Source: Macrostomum lignano
Taxonomy: Eukaryota
Direction of reading: 5' to 3'
DNA length: 64,000 nt
NCBI GenBank assembly: GCA_002269645.1
Contig: NIVC01003049.1
Coordinates: 1-64,000, forward strand
Part shown: positions 34,641 to 46,300 of the stretch, piece by piece
Layout of the letters: the number at the start of each line of letters is the position of its first letter
Position numbering within the stretch: position 1 is the stretch's first letter
The notes under the pieces: model-generated
Seen by the model: only the letters and a program-made list of their open reading frames with translations
Told to the model about the DNA's origin: nothing
Databases searched by the model: none
Program-made: the position numbers and the translations under genes

Positions 34641-36655
34641 GCTAGAAGAGGTGCCAAACCGCGACACGCTGGCGGTGCTCGGAGACCTGAACGCAGTCCC
34701 GCGGAGGTCCGAGCGCTCGCCCTTTGTCGGGGGACGCGAGAACGCCAACACCGATGCACTGGAGGACCTGCTTGACCGGCTGGACCTGGTGTCCGCAAAC
34801 ACCCAGTTCCGCAAGCCCCTTGCCCGCCTGGTCACTTTTGCGGGCTGCAAGAGAAGGCGACGGAACGCACGCGGGCGGAACGCTACGAGGAGACTGGCGC
34901 AACTCGATCATGCGCTGGTGCGACGCCATGGCTCCCCTGGCTCTCCGGTCAATCCATCAACTCCTGCTCTGCGACTTGCGGCTCCACGACCAGCTCTACC
35001 GACCGCCACAGCAGCGGCCACGGAGCTACTATCGCGTGAACGCATCGTGAACGCTCCCGCGTCGCCGCTGCCCGCCAGTTTTGCGCTCCCACTGGACACG
35101 CCGCTCACAGCTGAGGAGAACTTCTGCACCAGCGCAGTCACAACGGAGGACGTTGTGCTGTTCGCTCGGAAAGCACTAGGCGGCGAGGCGCTCGGTCCCG
35201 ACGAAGTCCTCCCAGGTCACAGGCGTCATGAGCCGCGTGTCCCTGCGCCCACCGAGTGGTCCGTCGCACACATCGTGCCACTTCTGAAGAATGCAGGGAC
35301 AACGCGGAAAGAAGACCACTGCGGGATCTCGCTGATGTCCTGCACCGCGAAGCTCTTCAAACGGCTGCTGCTCGATCGCCTGCAGTCAGTGCTGGACCGT
35401 CACTGCGGTACGAGCAGAACGCATTCATCAGTCTACACTTAATATTGTCTTCGTTGACTTTTGACTCGGTGTCTTCCTTCCCTTCGTCCTTTGAGCCTAC
35501 CGGGTTCCGCAGCAGCTAATTGACGCTGTCATGGCACTGTATTGCGACACCCGAGCTGCTGTAGTGACGGTGGACGACCTGTCTGACCTGTTCGACCCCT
35601 CATCAGGAGTTCTGCAGGGTGACACGCTAGCGCCGTTCCTCTTTGTGCTGCTGCTGGACTGAGTGCTTCGGACCGCACTCCCGTCGGCTGACGACGGCTT
35701 CCTGCTGCGCAGACGCATCGGTCGCCGCCACGGCGAAAAGCACCTGAGTGGGCTTGGCTACACTGACGACCTCGCCTTCCTGTCCTCGTCCATTGAAGGC
35801 GCCCAGCGCCAGATCGACAGGCTTTTCTAGTATTATCAAGCGTCGGTCCGGTTGTCGACATGCCGAAGACCGTGCTGTGTGTGCCGTCTGACATCACCGC
35901 GGACCTGACGTGCCGCGGCGCAGACGGGCAGATAATCAAGCTCGCACGCTACCATCGCGGTTCACCTACCTCGGCGGTCTGGTGCCCCACGTGGAAGAGG
36001 ACCTCCGACGGCGCAGAAGACTTGCCTTGGCGGCCTTTCGTTCGATCCGAGCCGTCCTCCAGTCGAAGCGCAGAGCGACCGCCAGAGGGCTCGGCTGTGG
36101 CAGTTAAGCGGCGGTTCTGCTATAAAACACCGAGACGTGGACGCTGACGGCTACGCTAGAGCGGCAGTTGGATTCGGCGCACTCAGGGCTGCTCCGTGCG
36201 GCCTTTCGAGCTGACGAGAGCGACGGGTCTCGGACCCTGTACGATCGGGCTAAGTTGCACCACCCTTTACCATCGTGCGCCGGCGGCGACTTCAACTGGC
36301 GGGCCACGTGATCCGGGCCAAGGGCTTACTAACCCCAACCTGTTTTAGGACATCCTGGCTGCTCACCTTGCAGGGCCAGTTCTGGCAGGGTCAGGCCTGA
36401 ACTCGTCGATATGTGGACTGCCTGCATGCTATGCGACATTGCTGCGCCCGACACTGCCCATGCGCCGCTCTCAGGCTCAGGGGCATAGCCAAGGGGGACA
36501 CCGGAGACGCTAACATCGGCGATAGATTGATGTCTCTGTCCCCCTGACGTGAATCCTGGCTACGCGCCTGCTCAGGCTCTGCGGCGCGCCATCTGATGCG
36601 CCCTGCTCTACCTGTTACCTTGCATTCGGGGCTGCGTATTTTTGTTGCTGTTATT
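34640..36655 (+). mobile_element. Degenerate RTE-clade LINE (endonuclease, RT and C-terminal remnants)
   Basis: VLGDLNA and LDHALVR (APE endonuclease), GVLQGDTLAPFLF and GYTDDLAF (RT), an in-frame stop at 35660 and frameshifts. Ends AQALRRAI* with a decayed TTG-like tail at about 36640-36655. Confidence 0.88.
36478..36570. mobile_element. 93-bp hAT-like MITE inserted in the LINE 3-prime end
   Basis: TIRs CAGGGGCATAGCCAAG and CCTGGCTACGCGCCTG (13/16 match); 8-bp TSD CTCAGGCT on both sides. Confidence 0.85.
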
Positions 36656-37073
36656 CTAAATAGTGGTTCCTTACGGCCTGCAAAACATTTTTCAAATAGT
36701 TTAAAACAAAGTTAGTCTTGTTAAAGTAGTTTTTATGAGCTCTACTGGTTATAAAATGGCAAATTTTAGTTGAAAAATCATAAACACATTGAAAATTTGT
36801 GCTAAGAACTGTCTAAAGAGTACTATTTTAAAATATTATACAGATGATTTACTGTATAACATGCTAGCACGTGCGTTGTGCTTATAGTTAGCAAATCAAT
36901 ACATTGAATGGTTTGTTTATATTGTTTGCGCCTGTAACTGTTTATCACTCGCATTAAGAACCTACTGTTGTAGCAAATAATTAACCGCCGACATAAAAAG
37001 GTGTTTCTTTCGCAGGTTTCCTAAACCTTCTAGCTTTAATTAAACAGTGACAGTAAGAAGTCAAATCCAACAA

Positions 37074-37207
37074 ATGGAGAACCAATGGGAGCTAGATAAA
37101 GAAAATGTTCAACACGCAAAAGGAGGAAGGTCGGTAGAGCAATTAAATTTAAGTCTTGCGCAGAGTCACTCTGAAGACCACCAAAAATATTTAAAAAACA
37201 AAAGACA
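37074..37207 (+). CDS. BUB1B: BubR1/Mad3 (MadBub) coding exon 1 with KEN box 1
   Basis: MENQWELDKENVQHAKGGRSVEQL matches the Mad3/BubR1 WELSKENxQPLRxGR motif. Donor GTAAGT, phase 2. Not in the ORF track. Confidence 0.9.
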
Positions 37208-37869
37208 GTAAGTTATTCTGCTTTTCTTATACTAATCCTATTTTTGTAAGACCTTGAGTTATGTCAGGTCTAGACATATCATGACACTATCTAGGCACTA
37301 TCATATTGATTAATTGGTCTAAAATTTGCTAAAAAATTATTAATTTAAATCACTTAGGCCAATGTGTATCTTATGCTTCAATTAAGTGATATAATTTCTT
37401 TAAAATTATTAACTAATTAAAGCATTTATGTATATTCTACAATACCATTTTTACCAAAACAAAATTTTAATTTATTAATACTCATAAACCAATTCAATAT
37501 AGAAATATCCACCTTTAATTCAACTTAAGGCATTGAGTTTTAATTCCATTCAATTCTAAATTTGATACTAGATTTCTTACATTGGGCTGAACTTGAGCTT
37601 TAAGTCTATTTAATGCAGTTTCAATGGTAATAGTCCAATTGGTAATTGCCATTATATTGTGAGATGCTTTTTCAAGGAATTTATAAAACTATAGTCATAG
37701 AATATGTATATTTGCCTCATTACTAATCTATGTTAGTTTAAACAATTTATAATACAGTTTAACTAGAAAATTAAATTGTATTTAACAATAAAATATTTGA
37801 CATATTAATTATTAAATTAATAGTTTTAAAGTTAATTATTATCAAGATATAATATTGACAGATGTAAAG

Positions 37870-39905
37870 GTTTCCTGACAGATATTTAGATAGATATTCA
37901 AAACAATTGTCTATAAGGCCTAACTTTTAACAAAATTGACCTGTTTTAATTATATTTTAGTAAATATTTATGCAACTGTTGGGCATCAAATAATATTTAA
38001 CTTATTTACTAAAGTAAAATTTTTTTGAGATACATTGATTTAAAGATTGCTTAGCAATATTCTAATTAGACATCACTTTTCTATTGACTGAAATTGTTTC
38101 AACTATAATAGCCTACAAGTAGATACTAGTTTAAAAATGCTTTAATTTACTTTTAATGCATGTCTCAGCTTTAAATGATACCTTAGTACTACCACAAAAG
38201 ATAAATCTGATGTTGAGATATTTGACACTAAACAATGCTTTGCACAAACTAATATTCAGAAACTTTATCAATTTTTTATCAATATTTGTTCAGCTATTGT
38301 GTTTTTGTTTTTAATCAAATATCATCATTACATTCTAGTCATTTACAAAGTGTATCAGAAAAGTTTTAGAACTGTGTCTATAGCACAGCTTTTGGGTACA
38401 CTGTCAATTTTTTTATTTGTTGCACACTGTTAGTCCTTGTATAAATTTATTATAAAGTAAAGAGTAATGAGTAAGCCTCGACATTTTAGCAATTTCTTTA
38501 GTAAGCCCTATTGACATTTCAATAATTGATCCCTTGACTTGACTTAATTACTTTTACTTAGCAGTAGGAGTGTAGGACTTTGCAAGGTGGTCCATAGACA
38601 CAGCAAGAAGGTGAGTGTTGCCTATTCCTCTAGCCTATGAAGGCTTAGCAATGGCATGAAAAGCAAACAGGCAAAGTTGTAGGCTAGTCAAGATGGTACC
38701 TAGTGTTAAGGTAGCCATGGCACATAAAGATCATGACAATGGTGCAAATATCTTTCCATTTTGGTTTGGAAGGACATTCCTGAGCCTGTGAAAGAGGCAC
38801 AGAACTGCAGTGCATGATTGCTAGCAGATCTGACAATTGATGACCATAGAAGGGATAGAGCCAATGAAAGAGCCAGAGCCATTACTCTCAGCAAGGGTGT
38901 CTACCAACTATAGTTCCCTAGAAACTCTGGATACCCAGCTGGGATCCACTTCAGATGACAGTATTGTTGCTACTAGCCAGGTTGAGCTGCTGGGTGCAGT
39001 CAGCAACTATCTAGGAGTTCTTAGTGGTGTGGCAAAGGGCCTATAAGGCTGCTTGGCTATCAGAGTAGATGAAAATAGTCTCTCCTCTTGTACTTTTTGC
39101 ATTTAGCTCTGCAGCCTAGGAGTTGATAGCAGACTTCATTCTGGAAGGGGACTGTAGAGAATCAGTGTGCTAGGCATTAGACCCCAGGGCTAGTGTTGTA
39201 GCTGTCTTTGATGAATCCATCCATGTAACAATTTGGATCTCATGGAAATCCCAGTGGTTGCAATGCATGATAGCATCCCATGAGGGGATATATGGTGACT
39301 CTTATAGCTCAAGAGGTTGAGGAGAGTTCACTGTCAGATAAGAAATGGAGCCTATTGCCATTTCTTGTAAGTCCATGAGTGCAGTCTTTTGTAGTGCCTA
39401 AGGTATCATTTATAAGCTATAAGCTATCTATATGTATATATATAGACATGACTGAAGATTGGAGTTTTTGATAGAAAACAAGGACATAGCAGCTAAACAA
39501 ATACTGATAAAAATCTGTGTAAAGTTTCCAAATATGAGTTTGCACAAAGCAATGTTTAGTGTCTCAGCATCAGCGTAGTCTTTTGTTGTGGCTGAGGTAT
39601 CATTTTAAAGCTGAGACATGCATAAAAAGTAAATTGAAGCATTTTAAACTAGCATCTACTTGTAGGCAGATGAAATTGAAACAAGATCAGTCAACATAAA
39701 AGCAATGTCTAATCAGAGTGTTGCTAAGTAATCTTTGAATCAATGTATCCCAAAAAGATTTTTACTTCAGTAAACAAATTAATCTTATTTGATACCCAAC
39801 AATTGCATAAATATTTGCTAAAAAGATGGTTGAAGCAGGTCAATTTTGTTAAAAGTTACAGACAATTGTTTTGAATGTCTATCTAAATATCTGTTAGGAA
39901 ACTCT
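37870..39905. repeat. Diverged inverted duplication (about 470-bp arms at 37870-38345 and 39445-39905)
   Basis: For example ATGCATGTCTCAGCTTTAAATGATACC near 38156 versus GGTATCATTTTAAAGCTGAGACATGCAT near 39596; colinear over the whole arm. Confidence 0.85.
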
Positions 39906-40822
39906 CACATTGTTGAAAATTTTAAATCTGCCCTGTTATTAAACTGGCTATTACCAAAATGGCTATTACTAAAGTGGATTATATAATTGTTTCAATGTGG
40001 GCTCCATTGAATTTAACTTTTGGAACCCCCTCATAATTTTTTATAAAATTTATATTCATGCTTTAATTAATTTTACATAGAAAATTCTACATTAAACCCC
40101 CATATTTTTATATTAAACACATTATAATATAGAATTTTATGTTTTTTTTCTAGGCAGAGCAAAAGTTTTATGTATGTATTATTTGTACTCTTAGAATAAC
40201 ATAAAAATCTAATGAATCTATATTATATTGAAAGATAGACATATATTGTAAAATTGTTGTTTCATTTCAATTTATCAATTGTCTGCTTTTTACTTATTAA
40301 CAATGATAATAGATCCCAATTATATTAAAAATAATTGTTTGTATATTGCTTTTATTAGAATAGAATTAGAATGGAAAATATAAATATTTTTAATATTACA
40401 AGAAAATATTACAAGAAGTAATTTCTTTTGTTATAATAAAATAATTTTTTTCTAATATTCAATATTTATGTATTTATTGTATAGAATAACATTTGTTATG
40501 ATTTTATTGTAAAAACTTTTACTCATTATAATTTTAATGTTTGTTATAAATATTCTTTTGTGTTTAAATATCATAGAAGACTAGTTTTAGTCAGATCTGG
40601 CATATTTTACATAGGTTAATGGTTTGGCAGCATATTTTATTACTGCATTGGGGCTATTTAGTGCTGGGGCAAATAATAATATAGAAGTATATGGGAAAAC
40701 TAAATCAATAAGAATATAGAATAAAAACGTATTTAGAATAAAATGAATGCTTTTAAAAATATTGAAATATTAAAATTATGAAGGCTAATAAAAATATTAT
40801 AATATTCTGCAGTATATGAGTA

Positions 40823-42074
40823 CTGGGTGTTGTAAAAAATCATGACAAAACAAGGCTATTCACTAAAAATCACTCTAGTATAGTGCACATGAAACAAACA
40901 TTTTTTGGGTCTGTTAATTAAAATGCAGGCAGAGTGCCAGCTCAGTCCAATGTAGTCGCCATTGGCCGCCACGGCGCCACAACTTTTTACAGTTGCAGCT
41001 GGAAGCTGAAGCAGACTTTGGCAATGTAGTTAGTAGGCAAATTTGTCCACTTCTCTGTTGCACTTGCTTTGAGAGAGTCAAAATTGGGGTGGCAAATGGT
41101 GCAAGCCTTGGACTCTACTTGTGCCTAGATGGCAAAGTCTAGTGGCTTTAAATCTGGTGACTGCGGTGGCCAGCAGGATTTGTCCCAGAATGACATGTTC
41201 TCAGCCAACCAATTCTGGTCTATATTGGCTATGTGCAATGGCGCCCCATCTGCTAAAAATGTAAGGCTTACCAGCCGTGATTCTGGTGACCCATGGAAGC
41301 ACAGTTTCCTGCAGAACAGTCTTGTATGCAGCTGCATTGAGGCAATAGCCTTGCACAAATCACACAGGCGGCATGACTACACCATTGGAGGCCACAACAC
41401 CAAGCATCATGACTGAGGTAGGGTGCTTGGTGGTGGGCATGCACCAACCTGCTCTGTCATCATTGCTGAAGCTAACAAATCAATCGTTCTGCTTATTAAA
41501 AATGGGATCCACAGTAAGTCTTTTCATCCGAGAAAATCAAGATTCCTCCCCCCGAACTCTTCAAGCTATTCAGCAATTTTCTTAAGCACTCCTGACAAAC
41601 CTCTCGCTGCCAATCAGTCAGCAGTGGCCGTTCTATTCGACGGAGAGAAGTGCCACCAGCCTTCTTCACAGCTCTGGACACAGTTGATTTGCAAACTCCA
41701 GCCGCCTTGGCCACGTCGGACATTTTGGCCAGTGGGTTCGCGGTGAAGATCTGCTTGACTTCTTTCAAGTCCAATTTTGCAGGCCTTCCAGATCCTGGCT
41801 GTCTCTCCAGGCCTTTACCTTCTTCCAGCCGCCTTCTGATGTCATAAACTGCCTGACGACTGATGCCAATTGAATGGGCAATGTCTGTCACTCAAGACCT
41901 GACACTCTGTACCTTCTGGCTTCCATTTTTGTGGGCTATGGTCAAGTGTGGAAAGTTTTAGTAGCCACTGACTCTCAAGTTTATGCACGTTAAGGTGACA
42001 CCAGAATTTATGCTGAAAAAGGTCATGCAATCTTTTTATAGTGAAAGTCTAAAGTGTTTTTTGCAACACCTTGG
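40823..42074 (-). mobile_element. Decayed Tc1/mariner (maT-like, DDxxD) DNA transposon
   Basis: TA-flanked imperfect TIRs (TA|CTGGGTGTTGTAAAAAA and TA|CCAAGGTGTTGCAAAAAA), about 1.25 kb. Confidence 0.8.
40960..41891 (-). pseudogene. Mariner-family transposase pseudogene
   Basis: HTH region with GSGRPAKL, then FSDEK, (Q)DGAP and WPPQSPDLKPLD, broken by frameshifts and stops. Confidence 0.88.
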
Positions 42075-42629
42075 TATATTATAAATAATGTTGTTATTTT
42101 ATAAATAATGTTGTTATTTTTTATTAGTAAAGTTAATTTCAAATTAAATGTAATTAAAAGTTGCATTCTATAAATTGTTCCTATCAACTTGTCTTTATTA
42201 CCTCTAAAGCTATGACTATCTATTATATATTTTGAGTATATATATGTTGCAGCATTTTTGCTTGTAACTCATATAATTGCAATATATTAAATTCAAACTG
42301 AAAATATGTTTATTCTAATGAGTAGAAATGACAGTGAGTCGAATTTAAGGTTTTGATAAAGTGGGGTTAGCGATTTTCCCCTGGCTGAATCTCCCTGGTT
42401 TCTCCAAGTTATGCAATACTTTCTGGCTGTGATTGGCCCAGTTTTGAAAATGATAGGCATTAATTTCAATCATCTCGCACGATGTGGATCTTTTCCTAGC
42501 GCTTTGATTAGCCGCCGCATCTTTACTTGGAAAGGAGACAGAAAATGCGTCTACAATTGATTTGCAAAGTCTAACTGATGGAAAAGGTTATGCAACATCC
42601 CTATGACCTGCAAACCTTCGCGGCTATGG

Positions 42630-42765
42630 AGTTGATTGGCTAGATTTAAAAATCCATAATCTCAGAATCGCCTGGGGGCTTATGCCAGTCAAAAAACCGG
42701 AATTCGAGTTCCAACTGTCCTTATTGGTCCAGCTGGTCACTGGGCGCCATTGGAGGCCAATCAGC
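42630..42765 (+). promoter_or_regulatory. CCAAT/ATTGG-rich putative promoter of the nested stomatin gene
   Basis: ATTGG near 42634, at 42723 and at 42749, plus GCCAATCAG at 42756-42764, within about 270 nt of the ATG. Confidence 0.4.
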
Positions 42766-42897
42766 GGCGCGGCAGCCTTCCCACTCTAAAGTCTTCAGCA
42801 CGCACCGGCGTCCAGCAGACTGTAGCTTCTGGAGTTCTATTTGCCGAGCTCTCTTTTCTTGGCCGTGTCACTCAAAGTTTTTTGGGGCCTGAAAAGC

Positions 42898-44190
42898 ATG
42901 GCTAAAGGCGTCAGCTTCAGTTCGGATACCCGCTTCAAGTCAAAGTCGGGCGCTGTCGACACCGCTGCCGCGGCGGGAGCTCCGGCTAGCGACGAGTCGG
43001 ACGAGGAGGAAGCGATGGACGCCGACAGCGATGATCAGGCGGTGGAGGCGTCGGCGTCGCCTAAAAGGAACGGCAGGCGCGGCGTTGGCGGCAGCGGAGC
43101 TGGCGGTCCATCGCGTCATCAGCGGCGCCTGCAGCGCAGCTTCTCTTTGGTGCCGGAGCGCTTAGGCCGCTCAGGCCTGGGCGGCTCTTTCCAATCGCAG
43201 CGGCGCATGCAGTTCTGCGAGGCCGCTATGCAAGCTCTGCTATTAGCATTAGTGGCCGTCACTTTTCCCTTCTCTTTCCTGGTCTGCCTGAAGGTCATCG
43301 CCCAGTACGAGCGCGCCGTGGTGTTCAGATTCGGCCGGATCCTGAGCTCGGAGGCCAGCGGCCCGGGCCTGGTGTTCATCATGCCTTGCATGGACAGCAT
43401 CAAGCGGGTGGACTTGCGCACTATGACATTCGACGTGCCAACCCAGGAGGTGCTGACGAAAGACTCGGTCACGGTGGCGGTTGACGCCGTTGTCTATTAT
43501 CGAATATTCGATCCGGTGATGTCGGTGGTCAACGTGGAGGATTCGAATCGCTCAACGAAGCTGCTGGCGCAGACTACGCTGAGGAACGTGCTGGGCACCG
43601 TCAGCCTCTACGAACTGCTGGCAGGTCGCGACGAGTCGGCAATAGTGATGCAGGAGACTCTTGACGCCGCCACCGACACCTGGGGCGTCAAGGTTGAGCG
43701 CGTTGAAATCAAGGATGTCCGCCTGCCAACTCAGCTGCAGCGGGCAATGGCCGCCGAGGCGGAGGCGGCCCGCGAGGCTCGGGCAAAGGTGATCGCGGCT
43801 GAGGGCGAGCAGAAGGCCAGCAAAGCGCTGAAGGCGGCCGCCATCGAGCTGTCGGAGTGCAACGTGGCCCTGCAGTTGCGCTACTTGCAGACTCTGTGCA
43901 GCATCTCGGCTGAGAAGAATTCCACCATCATTTTTCCTTTGCCTATCGAACTGTTGAAATACTTTCAACAGCAGCAGCAGCCGCCGCCGGGACCAGACGG
44001 CGATAAGGATGATAGTGAAAGTGGTGATGAGGCGCCGAAGAAGCCCAGGTACACTGTGACGGATGCTGATCGGCGCCCTCATCTGCTGCAGCCGCACTGC
44101 GGCGGCTCACCTTCGAGCTGCAGCCGGCCCGTGACCGTCAGCTCGCCTAGTCGCAGTGCTTCAAGGACGAGCTTCGGCTCCGGCTGTTGA
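42898..44190 (+). CDS. STOM: Intronless stomatin/MEC-2-family SPFH (band 7) protein, 430 aa, nested in BubR1 intron 1
   Basis: Pro-kinked hydrophobic hairpin VAVTFPFSFLVC, YERAVVFRFGR, LAQTTLRNVLG, WGVKVERVEIKDVRLP, QRAMAAEAEAAREARAKVIAAEGE, ALQLRYLQTL and EKNSTIIFPLP. AATAAA at 44584. The symbol denotes the family; orthology is unresolved. Confidence 0.95.
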   Translation: MAKGVSFSSDTRFKSKSGAVDTAAAAGAPASDESDEEEAMDADSDDQAVEASASPKRNGRRGVGGSGAGGPSRHQRRLQRSFSLVPERLGRSGLGGSFQSQRRMQFCEAAMQALLLALVAVTFPFSFLVCLKVIAQYERAVVFRFGRILSSEASGPGLVFIMPCMDSIKRVDLRTMTFDVPTQEVLTKDSVTVAVDAVVYYRIFDPVMSVVNVEDSNRSTKLLAQTTLRNVLGTVSLYELLAGRDESAIVMQETLDAATDTWGVKVERVEIKDVRLPTQLQRAMAAEAEAAREARAKVIAAEGEQKASKALKAAAIELSECNVALQLRYLQTLCSISAEKNSTIIFPLPIELLKYFQQQQQPPPGPDGDKDDSESGDEAPKKPRYTVTDADRRPHLLQPHCGGSPSSCSRPVTVSSPSRSASRTSFGSGC

Positions 44191-45173
44191 ACTGAAAGGG
44201 TCGTCCTAGGACGATTTCCTGGCACGGGATCTAACTCTATAGTATAATAATTACTAATTATGCACTGTAAAGAACTTGTGACTCTTCGCGTTAGTCGCCG
44301 CAATGACGATTCTGCCTTTATAAACTGATTAATGTCTCCGAAAGTTCGAGTTTTATACTAAGTTTTATTGTTACTTCATCGATTCGGGAGGTTCCCTCAT
44401 TGTTGCAAAATTATCCTGAGTACCTGTACTATGTAATGTAGATTTTTTATTGATATTTACATTATATTAAGTATTTAGTGGTGTATCCTTAACAGGCGCA
44501 ACTTTCCTTATGTTACGTAAGTGCGTTTTGCTCTTAAAATTGTCCTTGATGTCCTTGATTGATTCGGAAAAAGTACACTGGGCAATAAAATGTGGCTTGT
44601 GTTGCCTCCGCTAATTGTAAACGAGAGTTTTGGCTTGAGCTGGAGTTTACTGCTGAGTCCGTGCAACCCCCCGGTTTTGAATAGCCGTCTTCAACATTTT
44701 TATTACGAAGTGAAGCCCACTTCGATCAAGGTGCGCCGCCACCGACACTTGCATCTTATAACTGGCCTAGTGGGATCAGAAATGACCCGGCCGCTCATTA
44801 ATTATCCAGCAGTGCTACCGCGCTATGGGGAAAGGAAAGAGGTGGGGCGATCTGGGGCGGTGCCGCCAACAAAGTAATAGATATAGGACATAATGGCAGC
44901 GAGTCCAGCTGACTGACTGACTGACTGCCATGCATCTTTCATGTCTGCTGGGAGGAGTAAGATGGAGATAGTTTGGATGCTGGGCAGTTGGTTGGAGGAG
45001 GGGGGAGGCTGGACGACTTGGCCCCATCTGGTTTGAAGCGCAGCAGTTCATCAAAGTCTGCGCACTGGCCATGCTTGCGCTCTGCTAAAATAACTTTTAT
45101 TTTCGATTGCTGTCTTGCTCGCCATTTTTTCTCTTCTAAAAAACTATTTTACTGCCAACTTTGCCGATTCCAG

Positions 45174-45233
45174 AGAGCTGGAGCTGGCAATCAGGTCCTA
45201 TTCGGGAGACGATCCGCTTCTGCCTTACATTGA
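45174..45233 (+). CDS. BUB1B: BubR1/Mad3 coding exon 2
   Basis: CAG acceptor; phase-2 join gives KRQELELAIRSYSGDDPLLPYI (GxDPL motif); donor GTGAGT. Confidence 0.9.
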   Translation, partial: RAGAGNQVLFGRRSASALH

Positions 45234-45294
45234 GTGAGTCCGCTATTTGTTCTGCTTTTTAGTTTGTCAGGTTGGGTTTCCAGGTCGCGTCCAC

Positions 45295-46020
45295 TCAATG
45301 ATTGAGTTGTCCGGTTGGGTTGCCTCTATGATTGAGTTGTCCGGTTGGGTTGCCTCTATGATTGAGTTGTCCGGTTGGGTTGCCTCTATGATTGAGTTGT
45401 CCGGTTGGGTTGCCTCTATGATTGAGTTGTCCGGTCGGGTTGCCTCTATGATTGAGTTGTCCGGTCGGGTTGCCTCTATGATTGAGTTGTCCGGTTGGGT
45501 TGCCTCTATGATTGAGTTGTCCGGTTGGGTTGCCTCTATGATTGAGTTGTCCGGTTGGGTTGCCTCTATGATTGAGTTGTCCGGTTGGGTTGCCACTCTA
45601 TGGTTGGGTTGTAGGGTTGGGTTGCCTCTATGATTGAGTTGTCCGGTTGGGTTGCCTCTATGATTGAGTTGTCCGGTTGGGTTGCCTCTATGATTGAGTT
45701 GTCCGGTTGGGTTGCCTCTCTATGATTGAGCTGTCGGGTCGGGTTGCCTCTATGATTGAGTTGTCCGGTCGGGTTGCCTCTATGATTGAGTTGTCCGGTC
45801 GGGTTGCCTCTATGATTGAGTTGTCCGGTTGGGTTGCCTCTATGATTGAGTTGTCCGGTTGGGTTGCCTCTATGATTGAGTTGTCCGGTTGGGTTGCCTC
45901 TATGATTGAGTTGTCCGGTTGGGTTGCCTCTATGATTGAGTTGTCCGGTTGGGTTGCCTCTATGATTGAGTTGTCCGGTTGGGTTGCCACTATGATTGAG
46001 TTGTAGGGTTGGGTTGCTAC
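45295..46020. repeat. 30-bp minisatellite (ATGATTGAGTTGTCCGGTTGGGTTGCCTCT)n
   Basis: Direct reading; fills most of intron 2. Confidence 0.96.
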
Positions 46021-46155
46021 TCTATGGTTGAGCTGTAGGGTTGTGTTGTTTTTCCTATGATTCGGTTGTCGGGTTGGGTTGTATCTCTACCTCTGGTTGG
46101 TTTGTCGGCTTGGGTTGCTTTTACTCAACTAACAACCAAACTTACATTTACCCAG

Positions 46156-46300
46156 CTACGTCACCTGGACCGAGGAGAACTACCCCAGCGGAGGCAAGGA
46201 TAGCCAACTGTACGACCTGCTCAAAAAGTGCATTAAAGCGTTTTCTCAGGACAAGCGCTACCATCAGGATGCCAGATACATTAACATCTTCATTGCCTTT
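46156..46300 (+). CDS. BUB1B: BubR1/Mad3 coding exon 3 (TPR region)
   Basis: YVTWTEENYPSGGKDSQLYDLLKKCIKAFSQDKRYHQDARYINIFIAF; phases consistent; donor GTGAGT. Confidence 0.93.

Noticed and set aside
42841-42897. TTG-initiated N-terminal extension of stomatin (449 aa)
   Set aside because: This is a eukaryotic locus; the first ATG, at 42898 in AGCATGG context, is the likely start.
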